Assembly: GCA_963704165.1 (NCBI GenBank)
Contig: CAVPHD010000004.1
Coordinates: forward strand, 384,001 to 448,000
Reading direction: 5' to 3'
From: an uncultured delta proteobacterium
GTDB lineage: Bacteria > Myxococcota_A > UBA9160 > SZUA-336
Length of the DNA stretch: 64,000 nt
This document shows, piece after piece, positions 20,407 through 30,468 of this stretch (position 1 is the first letter of the stretch; the number at the start of each line of letters is the position of its first letter). A model generated the notes under the pieces. It was not told the origin of the DNA. It ran no database searches and saw nothing but the letters and a program-made list of their open reading frames with translations. Position numbers and translations under genes: made by a program.

Positions 20407-21750
20407 ATGGGGGGTGTGGCCGACCGTCACCCGCGCGACCGCCTGCGCCGGGAGCTCGGACTTCGCGACGCGACGCTACTCTGTGTAGCTTCGGTGATCG
20501 GATCGGGGATCTTCCTGACGCCGGGTGCGATCGCGGAGCGGCTCCCGTACCCGGGTTTGATCCTTGCGGTCTGGGTCGCGGGCGGAATGCTCTCTCTCGC
20601 CGGGGCGCTCGCGAACGCGGAGCTCGGCGCGATGTACCCGCACGCGGGCGGCGACTACGTGTACCTGCGCGAGGCGTTCTCGGGCTTCGCGGGCTTCCTG
20701 ATGGGCTGGGTCTCGTTCTTCGCGATCTTCACGGGAACGGTCGCGACGCTCGCGGCCGGATTCGCCGAGGCGCTCGATCCGATGCTCGACCTCGGCGAGG
20801 GCGGCAAGCTCGGGGTCGCGCTCGCCGTCACCCTCGCCGCGAGCTGGCTCAACGTGATCGGCGTGCGAGACAGCGCGCGATTCAACAACGCGACGGCGCT
20901 GCTCAAGATCGGCGCGCTCGCCGCGCTGGTCCTGCTCGCGCCGTGCTCGAATGCCGGTGACGTCGCGAACCTGCGTCCGCTGATCTCGACGGCGGACGGC
21001 TTTCCGTTCGCGTCGTTCGGTCTCGCGCTCTCACCGGTCCTGTTCAGCTATCTCGGCTGGAACTCCGCGGTCTACGTCGCGAGCGAGATCCGCGACCCGC
21101 AGCGCAACATCCCGCGCTCGCTCTTTCTCGGGCTCGGGATCTGCATCGTGATCTACCTGCTCGTGAATGTGGTCTACCTGTACGCGATCCCGGCCACGGA
21201 GATGCGCGGCCTCGGCAACGCGGGCGAGGCGGCGGCCGACGCGCTCTTCGGTCCGGTGAGCGGGCGGATCCTCGCGTTCTTCGTGCTCGGATCGATTCTC
21301 GGCACGCTGAACGCGACGATCCTCGTCGGACCTCGGATCGCCTATGCCATGGCGCTCGACGAGCGCTTCTTCGCCCGCGTCGATCGCGTGCACGCGCTCT
21401 ACCAGACACCGCACGTGGCGATCTGGGTGCAGGCCGGCGTGGCGAGCGCGCTGCTGCTCGTGCTGCGGAGCTTCCCCAGCGTGCTCGACTTCACCACCTT
21501 CGCAATCGTGCTCGCGACGATCGCCGACACGCTCGCGCTCTACACACTTCGGCGTCGACGGCCGGAGCTGCCCCGTCCCTACCGAGTCTGGGGCTACCCG
21601 TGGGTTCCCGCCGCGTATCTGGTCGCCAACGCGCTCGTCGCGTTCGCGATGCTGCGCGGGAACCCGCTCGAGTCGCTGGCCTGCGTCTTCGTGATCGCGA
21701 GCGGCGTGCCGTTCTACGTGGCCTTCTCGCGACGCACGCGCAGGGCGTAG
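20407..21750 (+). CDS. APC family amino acid permease
   Basis: IGSGIFLTP, ELGAMYPHAGGDYVYL, YLGWN..VASEIRDP, RPYRVWGYP; about 12 TMs. Confidence 0.92.
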   Translation: MGGVADRHPRDRLRRELGLRDATLLCVASVIGSGIFLTPGAIAERLPYPGLILAVWVAGGMLSLAGALANAELGAMYPHAGGDYVYLREAFSGFAGFLMGWVSFFAIFTGTVATLAAGFAEALDPMLDLGEGGKLGVALAVTLAASWLNVIGVRDSARFNNATALLKIGALAALVLLAPCSNAGDVANLRPLISTADGFPFASFGLALSPVLFSYLGWNSAVYVASEIRDPQRNIPRSLFLGLGICIVIYLLVNVVYLYAIPATEMRGLGNAGEAAADALFGPVSGRILAFFVLGSILGTLNATILVGPRIAYAMALDERFFARVDRVHALYQTPHVAIWVQAGVASALLLVLRSFPSVLDFTTFAIVLATIADTLALYTLRRRRPELPRPYRVWGYPWVPAAYLVANALVAFAMLRGNPLESLACVFVIASGVPFYVAFSRRTRRA

Positions 21751-21783
21751 ACTCGAGCGATCATCCGGGAGGGAGATCGAGTC

Positions 21784-23538
21784 ATGCCCAAGGTCGACGG
21801 CGGGGAATTGCTGGTGCGCGTGTTCGAGCGCGCGGGGATCGACACGATCTTCACGCTTCACGGTGGCCACCTCGATGCGATCCTGCAGGCCGCGAGCGCG
21901 CGCGGACTGAGGCTGGTTGACACACGGCACGAGCAGGCCGCGGGGCACGCCGCCGACGGGTGGGCGCGCACCACGGGTCGGCCGGGCGTGGCGATCGTGA
22001 CCGCCGGACCGGGGTTCACCGACTGCGTGACCGCGATCGCGAACGCGTACCTCGACTGCATACCCACGCTCTTCATCGCGGGCGCCGCGCCTCTTCGCGA
22101 GGCCGAGACGCTGCCGCTGCAGGGCGGCATCGATCAGGTCGCGATGGTCGCTCCGATCACGAAGTGGGCGCATCGGGTCACCCACACCGAACGCATTCCC
22201 GATCTCGCGGCACAGGCGTTGCGGATCGCGACCACCGGTCGGCCGGGCCCGGTCTTTCTCGAGCTGCCGATCGACGTGCTCTTCGCGCGCGTCGATGAAG
22301 AGCGCGCACCGCTGCCCTTGAGCTTCGACGCCGGCGGCGCGCCCGCGCCCGCGCCGTCCGCCGTCGAGCGCGCGCTCGATCTGCTCGAAACCGCGGAGCG
22401 TCCGGCGATTCTCGCGGGCGGCGGTGCCTGGTTCTCCGGCGCCGGCCGCGAGCTCGTCGCATTCGCGGAGCGCATCGGCGCGCCCGTCTTCTCGAACGGG
22501 AAGGCGCACGGGCTGGTGCCCGCGGATCACCCGCTCTGCGGTCGTGGCTTCGCGACGCTGGCGATCGCGGGGCACGCGGGCTCGGCCGCGGCGGACTGCG
22601 TGCTGATCGTCGGCGCGCGCCTCGGTCTGTTCACCGGCGGGCGCGGCGGTCGTCTGATTCCGCCGGGGGCCAAGATCATCCAGATCGACGTCGCGGCCGA
22701 GGAGATCGGCCGCAATCGCGACATCGACCTCGCGATCACCGCGGATTGCCGCGAGGCGCTGCGCGCGCTCGACGAAGCGGCCGCACGTCGGACCTTCCGC
22801 GATCACGGGACCTGGATCCAGACGGTGCAGAGGGTCCGCCACGGGCACCGCTTCATGTTCGGCGAAGCGCTCGCGAGCGAGAAGGCGCCGATCCACCCGT
22901 ATCGGCTGACCAGCGAGATCGCGCGCATGCTGCCGCGCGACGCGATCGTCGTCGCGGATGGTGGTGAGACCGCGTCCTGGATGGACATGGTCGCCGACGT
23001 GCACAGCGGCGGGAGCTGGATGTCGCACGGCTACCTCGGGTGCCTCGGCACCGGCATGCCGTTCGCGATCGCCGCGAAGGTCGCGCACCCGGATCGTCCG
23101 GTGCTGTGCATCGTCGGCGACGGTTCGGTGGGTTTGAACTTCGCCGAGTTCGACACCATGGTGCGTCATGGCTTGCCGATCGTCGTCGTGGTGAACAACG
23201 ACCAGATCTGGGGCATGTCCGCGCACGGCCAGGATCTGATCTACGGCGAGGGACGGCGCGTCGTGACCGAGCTCGGGGCGACGCGCTACGACCTCGCCGC
23301 CGCGGGCTTCGGCTGCCACGCGGAGTACGTCGTCGATCCGGGCGAGATCCGCCCCGCGCTCGAGCGCGCATTCAAGAGCGGCAAGCCGGCCTGCGTGAAC
23401 GTCATGACCGACCCGAAGGTGATCGCGCCGGTCACGATCGCGATGGTCGGCGGCGCGCGCCCGGCCGCGACGGCACCGACGGGCGCCGACGCGAAATCGA
23501 CGATCCAGATCCCCTACTACGAGAATCTCGAGGAGTGA
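21784..23538 (+). CDS. Thiamine-diphosphate-dependent enzyme, benzaldehyde lyase-like
   Basis: TRHEQAAGHAADG, TAGPGFT, GDGS...NN ThDP motif. LQGGIDQVAMVAPITKWAHRV and HGYLG match benzaldehyde lyase as recalled. Confidence 0.88.
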   Translation: MPKVDGGELLVRVFERAGIDTIFTLHGGHLDAILQAASARGLRLVDTRHEQAAGHAADGWARTTGRPGVAIVTAGPGFTDCVTAIANAYLDCIPTLFIAGAAPLREAETLPLQGGIDQVAMVAPITKWAHRVTHTERIPDLAAQALRIATTGRPGPVFLELPIDVLFARVDEERAPLPLSFDAGGAPAPAPSAVERALDLLETAERPAILAGGGAWFSGAGRELVAFAERIGAPVFSNGKAHGLVPADHPLCGRGFATLAIAGHAGSAAADCVLIVGARLGLFTGGRGGRLIPPGAKIIQIDVAAEEIGRNRDIDLAITADCREALRALDEAAARRTFRDHGTWIQTVQRVRHGHRFMFGEALASEKAPIHPYRLTSEIARMLPRDAIVVADGGETASWMDMVADVHSGGSWMSHGYLGCLGTGMPFAIAAKVAHPDRPVLCIVGDGSVGLNFAEFDTMVRHGLPIVVVVNNDQIWGMSAHGQDLIYGEGRRVVTELGATRYDLAAAGFGCHAEYVVDPGEIRPALERAFKSGKPACVNVMTDPKVIAPVTIAMVGGARPAATAPTGADAKSTIQIPYYENLEE

Positions 23539-23548
23539 GAGGGGTCCG

Positions 23549-25003
23549 CTACTTCCGCCACGTGCCCGGCATCGGCGGCCAGCGTCCGATGCCGCCCTTC
23601 TCGACGAGCATTCCCGTCAGCGTCCGCTCCGCGTGTTCCGAACGCCAGGTGAGCATCGCCTGCGCGTTCGCGAGCAGGAGCGCGGCGTCGGTCACTTCGG
23701 TCCGCCAGGTCGGATCCGCGGCGAGATCGAAGCAGCGCGACGATCCGTCGCCGAACTGAACGTAGGCGAAGCGCTCGCTGCGCAGCACGGCGAGGTGCTG
23801 TCGCTCGAGGCGCCGATCCCAGGGCCAGACATGCGGACCGTTCGGAATGCGCGTGAAGCGCCAGTCGAACTCCCAGTGCGCGGCGTCGCGCCACCAGGGT
23901 GGCGTCTCTCCGCGCAGGAACGGAGTGAGCGGAAGGCCATCGCACTGCGTCGGGACGTCGATTCCCAGCACGTCGCAGAGCGTCGGGAAGACGTCGACGT
24001 TCTCGGTGAACCGGTCCAAAGCCGATCCGTGCGTCGCCGGGTGCCTCGGATCGCGGACGATGCCGAGGATGTGGTACGAGCCTTCGAAGTACCCGGACTT
24101 CCCGATCAGTCCGTGGTCGCCCAGATCCTCGCCGTGGTCCGAGGTCACCAGGATCCACGTGTCGTCCCAGAGCCCGCGTTCCTCGAGCGTCTGCCAGACG
24201 CGGCCGAGCTGGTGATCGACCTCGCTCACCATCCCGAAGTACTGCGCGCGTATGGCGCGGATCGCGTCGTCGCCGCTCGGCGCGGCGGTTTCGGGGTGGC
24301 GCATCAGCCCTTCGTGCAGCGGGTGGCGGCTCGTGGCCGGTGCGAGCGGTGACGGAATCGACGCGGGATCGTAGGCGTGCGCAAAGGGTCCGGCGGCGGC
24401 GTAGGGCGGATGCGGGCGGAAGTAGCTCGCGTGCGCGAACCACGGCCCGCGCTGTCCTTCGATCCACTCGACGAGCCGATCCGTGACGAACGACGATGCG
24501 CTGTGCTCGAGCGGTCGCTCGGATTCGAGCTCGAGCGCAGCGTCGGCGTCGGCGGGTCGCGGGTAGCCGAGCCTCTCCAGCCATTCGATCCACGCCCGGT
24601 GATCACCGTTCAGATCCAGCCCGACGTCGAAGCCGGGCAGCACGCCCTCGTAGCTCGACAGACGCGGGTCGTCCGGACCGGTCGATTCGCGCGGGTCGAT
24701 GCTCTGGTCCGTGTAGCCGAAGAGCGTCGGCGCGTAGCCGGCGCGGCGGGCCGCGAGCGCCAGGTTGTCGAATCGCGCGTCGAGCGGCGTACCGTTCGCG
24801 ACCACGCGGTTGTTCAGCTGATACGTTCCGGTGTAGAGGCACGCGCGCCCGGGACTGCACGGCGAGGACTGGCTGTAGTGCCGTGCGAGCCGGACACCCT
24901 GCGAGGCGAGCCGATCGAGGTTCGGCGTGCGCACGACCGGATGCCCCGCGGCGGACAGGCAATCCCCGCGGAACTGGTCGAGCGTGACGAGCAGGACGTT
25001 CAA
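23549..25003 (-). CDS. Sulfatase family, phosphonate monoester hydrolase-like
   Basis: DQFRGD, TPNLDRLA, CSPGR (CxPxR formylglycine motif), RPHPP, TSDHGE. TTG start. Confidence 0.88.
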   Translation of the reverse strand: MNVLLVTLDQFRGDCLSAAGHPVVRTPNLDRLASQGVRLARHYSQSSPCSPGRACLYTGTYQLNNRVVANGTPLDARFDNLALAARRAGYAPTLFGYTDQSIDPRESTGPDDPRLSSYEGVLPGFDVGLDLNGDHRAWIEWLERLGYPRPADADAALELESERPLEHSASSFVTDRLVEWIEGQRGPWFAHASYFRPHPPYAAAGPFAHAYDPASIPSPLAPATSRHPLHEGLMRHPETAAPSGDDAIRAIRAQYFGMVSEVDHQLGRVWQTLEERGLWDDTWILVTSDHGEDLGDHGLIGKSGYFEGSYHILGIVRDPRHPATHGSALDRFTENVDVFPTLCDVLGIDVPTQCDGLPLTPFLRGETPPWWRDAAHWEFDWRFTRIPNGPHVWPWDRRLERQHLAVLRSERFAYVQFGDGSSRCFDLAADPTWRTEVTDAALLLANAQAMLTWRSEHAERTLTGMLVEKGGIGRWPPMPGTWRK

Positions 25004-25004
25004 G

Positions 25005-25280
25005 CTATCTCGAGCAGGTGAAGACCGTCGTCATCGGCACGATGATTCCGAACGTCAGGATACCGACCGCGACCCCCCAGAGCGGGACCCACGTCGTGAC
25101 CTGGTGCAGGCCGTTCGGACAGCTTCTCGCGTCGATCTCGGTCGAGGAGCCGATCAGGTGCACCCGGGTGTCGCCGTACGAATCGCCCTTCGGGGTCGGA
25201 GCCTGCACCATCGTGCCGAGACAGCCGGTGAGCGAGGCGACCAAGAGGACTGCGATCACGGTGCGGAACGAGGCTTTCAT
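25005..25280 (-). CDS. Small lipoprotein (Bor-like)
   Basis: GGGAG RBS, lipobox LTGC, C-terminal GILTFGIIVPMT...C. Confidence 0.7.
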   Translation of the reverse strand: MKASFRTVIAVLLVASLTGCLGTMVQAPTPKGDSYGDTRVHLIGSSTEIDARSCPNGLHQVTTWVPLWGVAVGILTFGIIVPMTTVFTCSR

Positions 25281-25290
25281 GGGACTCCCT

Positions 25291-26439
25291 TCAGAATGCG
25301 GATTCCACGGCGCTCGCCGTGCTGCATCGGGCCGGAGCGTAGCCGACCGATGGCAGCAGTGGAACCGCGGGCGCGGACAGCACGAGGTCCTGGCCCGCGT
25401 CGATGCTCGAGCCCGGCACCGCGGGCAGCGACAGCGCGGAGAGCGCCAGGTTGCCTCCGTCGCCATTCCGGATCGGTTGAACCGATTCGGTGTAGCTCGG
25501 TCGTGCGCTGCCCGGGTCGGCGCGCGTCGGCGCGTTCAACGTGTAGAGAGTCCCGCCGCCGGTCACGCCGTTCCCCCAGACCAAGAACGGGATCGTGTAG
25601 TTCGCGGCGTCGGTCGCGGTTCCATGTCCGGTGCCCGTGCCGCCGTGGTCAGTGGAGAGGATGACGAGGGTGTTTCCGTCGAGCTGCGGGTCCGCCTCGA
25701 CGAGCGCGAGGACGTCCGCGAGGTAGCCGTCGATCGTGTGGATCGAGGCGTTCCAGGCCGGACTGCCCCATCCGCTCGCGTGCCCCACGTCGTCGGGCGT
25801 GCTGTAGTGGACGAAGGCGTAGCGGAAGCGGCTCGAGGCCATGTCCGCGAGGAAGGTCGCGTGCATCGATGCTGCGGAGGTGTTCACGTAGCGGTCGATC
25901 TTGTCGGCGCCGTCATCCGCGCCGGTCACGTCGGGCGCGCCGTGCGCCGCGTCGTAGCTCTGTTCGAAGAGCACGAACTTGCTCTTCGACGCGTACAGAG
26001 CCGTCGAGAGCCCGTGATCGTGGGCGACGTCGAAAACGCTCGCGACGTACGAGAGGTTCGGGTTCCCGGACTCGTGCAGCGTGACGGTCGGCGCGGGATC
26101 ACTGTTGCCCGTGTACCCGTGGTGCACCGTGTTCGGCAGTCCCGAAGGCTGCGAGACCGGGCGTCCGGTCAGCATCGAGACGTGGTTGGGCAGCGTGTTC
26201 GTGTGCGTGGTGTCGGTGCGCGCGTTGAAGGTGACGGCGCCCTCGGCGACGAAGCGCGCGAACGTCTCGTAGTCACCCGCGGTGTCGTTCGCGACCAGCG
26301 TTTCGAGCAGGGGGCCCGAGAGCCCATCGACACTGATCTGGATCACATGGTCGGCGGCGAAGGCCACGCTCGGTGCATGCCAGCCGAAGAGCGCGGCGAG
26401 CGCGAGCGCGACTGCCGAAGCGCAGGTCCTCCGATCCAC
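25291..26439 (-). CDS. Secreted alkaline phosphatase superfamily protein (nucleotide pyrophosphatase type)
   Basis: Signal peptide, ISVDGL, TLPNHVSMLTG, PDDVGH, STDHGG. Confidence 0.85.
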   Translation of the reverse strand: MDRRTCASAVALALAALFGWHAPSVAFAADHVIQISVDGLSGPLLETLVANDTAGDYETFARFVAEGAVTFNARTDTTHTNTLPNHVSMLTGRPVSQPSGLPNTVHHGYTGNSDPAPTVTLHESGNPNLSYVASVFDVAHDHGLSTALYASKSKFVLFEQSYDAAHGAPDVTGADDGADKIDRYVNTSAASMHATFLADMASSRFRYAFVHYSTPDDVGHASGWGSPAWNASIHTIDGYLADVLALVEADPQLDGNTLVILSTDHGGTGTGHGTATDAANYTIPFLVWGNGVTGGGTLYTLNAPTRADPGSARPSYTESVQPIRNGDGGNLALSALSLPAVPGSSIDAGQDLVLSAPAVPLLPSVGYAPARCSTASAVESAF

Positions 26440-26488
26440 GGCCGGATCCTAGCCGATCTCCGCGCTCGCACTCCGAGGAGACGCGCGG

Positions 26489-28167
26489 TCAGTGGCTCTC
26501 GCGCCAGGGATCCCAGTCGTCGCTGAGCTCGGGGAGCTTCGAGCGGTCGCCGAAGACCTCGCCGGAGAGAATCGGGCGCAGCAGGTCCGTCTCGAGCACC
26601 TCGCTCGCCGCCGCGACCCCGCTGCGCAGCACGCCGGAGATGCCCGGACCCGACGGCGTGCTCGCGCCGCACAGGAACAGGCCCTCGATCTCCGTGCGCG
26701 GTCCCACGCGCATCGGTCCGGCCTGGCGTGCAGGACATCTCGATCCCGTACGAGGTGCCGCCCGTCGAGTGCGTGAATCGCTCCTGGCTGATCGGCGTCG
26801 CGGCCTCCTGCCAGACGATGTGCTCGCGCAGGCCCGGAATCACCCGCTCCGACGTGTCGATCAGGTGGTCCATCAGCTCTTTCTTGCGCTCGCGGTAGAC
26901 GGGATCGCGGTGGTACTCGCCGCCGTCGGCGGGGCCCTTCTCGACGTTCCAGATCGCGTAGTCGCGTGGCACCAGCGTCATGATCTGCAGGTTCGTGTGA
27001 CCCGCGGGCGCGAGATGCGTGCTCACCGGATCCTTCAGGCTCGCGGTCGTGATGTACGCCATCGCCTTCGTCGAGAATCGACCGGCGTCGAGCTCGTCGT
27101 ACATCGACTCGATGTCGTAGTCCGCCCCAGATGAAATGATTGCTGTTCGGCATGCCTTGCGCGGCGAGGTCGATGTCGAGGCCGAGGTAGACGCAGAAGA
27201 GCGGGATCGCCATCTCGAGATCGCGGATCCGCTCGAGCGTCTCGGGCTTGAGGTGCTCGGCACCGATCAGCTCGAAGTAGGTGCGCTTCAGGTCGGCGTT
27301 CGAGATCACGATCGGCGCGTCGATCTCCGTCGGCGGGCGGTCCTTCCTTCCCGTGACCACGCCGACGGCTCGGCCCTTCTCGATGCGAATGTGCCGGACC
27401 GGGCTCTGCGTCCGGACCTCGCCGCCGTTGGCGCGGATCGACTCGACCAGTCGACCCGCCAGCACCTGCCCGCCGCCTTCCGGGTAGTACGCGCCGCGCA
27501 GGAAGTGATCGGTCAGCCCCGCGGCCATCGCGACCGGCGTGTTGGAGGGACGCACCGCGTAGCAGCCCTGCTCGCCGAGCAGAACCGCCGCAGCCTGCGG
27601 CGAGAGCTTGTGCTCGGCGAAGAGGTCGGTCACCGGGCGCAGACCCTGCTGAAGGAAGGAAGGGGACTTCGTCAGGATGTCGGCCATGGCGATCTCGCCG
27701 CGGCCGAGCGCGTGCCCGGTGGTCGCCACGTCGCGCATCACGTCGAGAACCGCGTCGAGCGCCGCGGTCTCGGTGGGGAACGTCTGGTGCAGACGCGCCC
27801 GGTAGCGGTCCCAGCCGAACGGAACCCGAAACGACAGGTCGGGGAAGTGCAGCGTCGAGTAGCCGTCGGGATCCATCGGCCGGAACACCACGCGCTCCGC
27901 CAGGCCGAGCCCGTTCAGCACGGCCGTGATCACCCCGTCGCGGCCGCACTCGCCGATGTAGTGGATGCCGACGTCGAACTCGTACTCGCGACCCTGGTGC
28001 TTGCGCCGGAAGACCTGGCTGTTTCCGCCCGCGACGTAGTGACCTTCGAGCACCAGCGTCCGCCGGCCGGCCGCGCACAGGTACGCCGCCGTGGCGAGGC
28101 CACCCAGGCCCGATCCGATCACGATCGCGTCGAACTTCTCCCGCTCACCCGAAGCCGCGGCACCCAT
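26489..28167 (-). CDS. Phytoene desaturase-like FAD oxidoreductase (frameshifts near 27125 and 26725)
   Basis: IGSGLGG, FDVGIHY and YPEGGGQ; then WQEAATP..ERFT and GLFLCGASTPSGPGISG in two other frames. Confidence 0.85.
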
Positions 28168-28627
28168 GCCTTCCTCCCCGCTCACCGGCGCAAACCAACA
28201 CACCACGACGCGGCCGTGGGACACACGACCCCGCCGACGCACCGTTCCATGCTCTCACACAGGACCCCATGCATGCCGCGGGCCAGAGGATCCGAGGATC
28301 GCGGGGTGACCAGACCCCCGGGAACCGCGACGGCGCGGATGCCCAGCCAGCCGCAGCGAGCCCCGGGGCGTATGCCCTGGACTCGGTGCGAGACGTCGAA
28401 ACAGGATTGTGTCGGAGCCGCGAGCCGCGAGCTGCAATCGGCGCGCGAACGCAGCCACTCAGGGTCGCCGTTCGACGGGATCCGGCGTCCCCGCGGCGCC
28501 TTCGCAAGTCACATCGAGTATCTCAGGTGGAAGCCGTCCCGATCCGTCCATGAGATCTGACAAGCTCACTTGCACCGTTTTGTTTCACCGCCGACCTGCC
28601 GAATCAGTGATTTCAGGGAGAGACGCG

Positions 28628-29245
28628 ATGGGATCGGAGCGTCGACGGAATCCGCGTATTCGCTGCAACATCCCCTGCACGCTGCAGATCGGGAAGAGCT
28701 CGCTCACGGGCAAAGTCTGCAACGTCTCCGCGAGCGGGCTCGGCGTCACTGCGGTGGCACCGGGCGCGGACCAGGGCGATGCGGTCCGCGTGACTCTGCG
28801 CGCGGAGGGGAAGACGATCGTGATCCGCGCCCTCGTCTGGCACGTTCGGACGCTGAGTCACGGTGCGGACGAGAAGGCGTCGCGGATCTTCGGCCTCGTG
28901 CTCTCCGATGCCGCGCCGGAGTTCGCGAAGCTCGTCGAGCGGCTCGGCACGAAGCAGTCGAAACCGCCCGCCCCGCCGCCCCCGCCACCGACTCCCAAGC
29001 GTGCTCGTCCCGTCGTGCCCGGGCCCGCCGATCACGGCGCGATCGCGCTCGCGCGACCGGCGACAGGGGCGGCGAGCCCCGAGCCGGTCCGGCTCCGCGA
29101 GTATCGAATCCGAATCAAGCAGAACGGGGGCCCCCGAACCTGCCAGATCGTCGCGAGTGGCGTCAGCCTGGAAGCCGCGGTCAAGGCGGCGCTCGACGAG
29201 GTGGGTCCGGGCTGGATCGTTCTCGAGGCCGCCGCGATCAGCTGA
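28628..29245 (+). CDS. PilZ domain protein with Pro-rich linker and short C-terminal domain
   Basis: ERRRNPR (RxxxR) and NVSASG ([DN]xSxxG) motifs, GGGAG RBS. Confidence 0.82.
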   Translation: MGSERRRNPRIRCNIPCTLQIGKSSLTGKVCNVSASGLGVTAVAPGADQGDAVRVTLRAEGKTIVIRALVWHVRTLSHGADEKASRIFGLVLSDAAPEFAKLVERLGTKQSKPPAPPPPPPTPKRARPVVPGPADHGAIALARPATGAASPEPVRLREYRIRIKQNGGPRTCQIVASGVSLEAAVKAALDEVGPGWIVLEAAAIS

Positions 29246-29301
29246 GCACGAGCAAGGCAGTGCACCGGCATGGCAGTATGGGCCCGAGGAGCCTGACGAC
29301 C

Positions 29302-30432
29302 ATGCGAACCAAGCTTGCCGCGGATCTCGGCCTCGAGTTCCCGATCTTTGCATTCACCCACTGCCGCGACGTGGTCGCCGCGGTTTCCAACGCCGGCGGG
29401 CTCGGCGTGCTCGGCGTGGCCGGGCGCTCGCTCGCCGACCTGAAGATCGAGCTCGAGTGGATCGAGAAGCAGGTCGGCGACAAGCCGTACGGCGTCGATC
29501 TGCTCCTGCCGACGAAATTCGTCGGCAGCGACAAGGGCGGCTTCGACGCGTCGAAGCTCGACTCGCTGATCCCCGAAGGCCATCGCCGCTTCCTCGACGA
29601 GCTGCTCGAGAAGTACGGGGTACCGCAGCTTCCGCCCGGCGACGCCGCGAGCCCGGAGTTCAGCGTCGGCTTCGAGAAACAGCGCGACGTGCTCGACCTG
29701 TGCTTCGAGCACCGCATCCGACTGATCGCGAGCGCCCTCGGGCCTCCGCCGGAATACATGATCGAGCAGGGGCGCGCGAAGGGCGTGAAGGTGGCGGCGC
29801 TCGCGGGCACCGTCGAGCACGCGCGGCGGCACGTCGAGGCGGGCGTCGACATCGTCGTGGCACAGGGCTACGAGGCCGGCGGCCACACGGGCGAGATCTC
29901 GACCATGGTGCTCGTGCCCGAGGTCGTCGACGCCGTCGCTCCGCTGCCGGTGCTCGCCGCCGGCGGGATCGCGAATGGGCGCCAGATCACCGCGGCGCTC
30001 GCGCTCGGCGCGCAGGGCGTCTGGACCGGCTCGGTCTGGCTGACGACGGAAGAGGCCGAGACGCACCCGGTCGTGAAGGAGAAGTTCCTGCGCGCGTCCT
30101 CGCGCGACACCGTCCGCTCGCGCTCGGTCACCGGAAAGCCCGCGCGGCAGCTCCGCACCGCCTGGACCGAGGCCTGGGACGACCCGGCGAATCCGGCGCC
30201 GCTGCCGATGCCGCTCCAGCCGCGCCTGGTCCGCGAGGCGCAGGTGCGGATCGCGCGCTCCGCGCACAAGTCGCCCGGCGCCGAGCAGCTGATCAACTAC
30301 TTCGTCGGTCAGGTCGTCGGCTCCATGAATCACGTGCGGCCGACGCGGCGCGTGATCGAGGAGATGGCGCAGGAGTACGCCGACACGATGGAGCGGCTCG
30401 ACGCCTGGGCGGAGGGTTCGAGCGAGGAGTGA
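29302..30432 (+). CDS. Nitronate monooxygenase family FMN oxidoreductase
   Basis: AVSNAGGLG, AQGYEAGGHTG, AAGGIANG, GAQGVWTGS. Confidence 0.9.
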   Translation: MRTKLAADLGLEFPIFAFTHCRDVVAAVSNAGGLGVLGVAGRSLADLKIELEWIEKQVGDKPYGVDLLLPTKFVGSDKGGFDASKLDSLIPEGHRRFLDELLEKYGVPQLPPGDAASPEFSVGFEKQRDVLDLCFEHRIRLIASALGPPPEYMIEQGRAKGVKVAALAGTVEHARRHVEAGVDIVVAQGYEAGGHTGEISTMVLVPEVVDAVAPLPVLAAGGIANGRQITAALALGAQGVWTGSVWLTTEEAETHPVVKEKFLRASSRDTVRSRSVTGKPARQLRTAWTEAWDDPANPAPLPMPLQPRLVREAQVRIARSAHKSPGAEQLINYFVGQVVGSMNHVRPTRRVIEEMAQEYADTMERLDAWAEGSSEE

Positions 30433-30468
30433 ATCGAGCGGGGCGGCCCGCTCGCGGATCGCACCTCC

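Noticed and set aside
25291..25400. C-terminal sorting signal (VPLLPSVG) on the phosphatase
   Set aside because: No hydrophobic helix or basic tail follows in any frame; at most a truncated remnant.
28185..28240. GCAAACCA...TGGGAC resembling a c-di-GMP-I riboswitch upstream of the PilZ gene
   Set aside because: Lacks the GNRA-capped P2 stem and the following GCAAAG; the intervening sequence does not pair.
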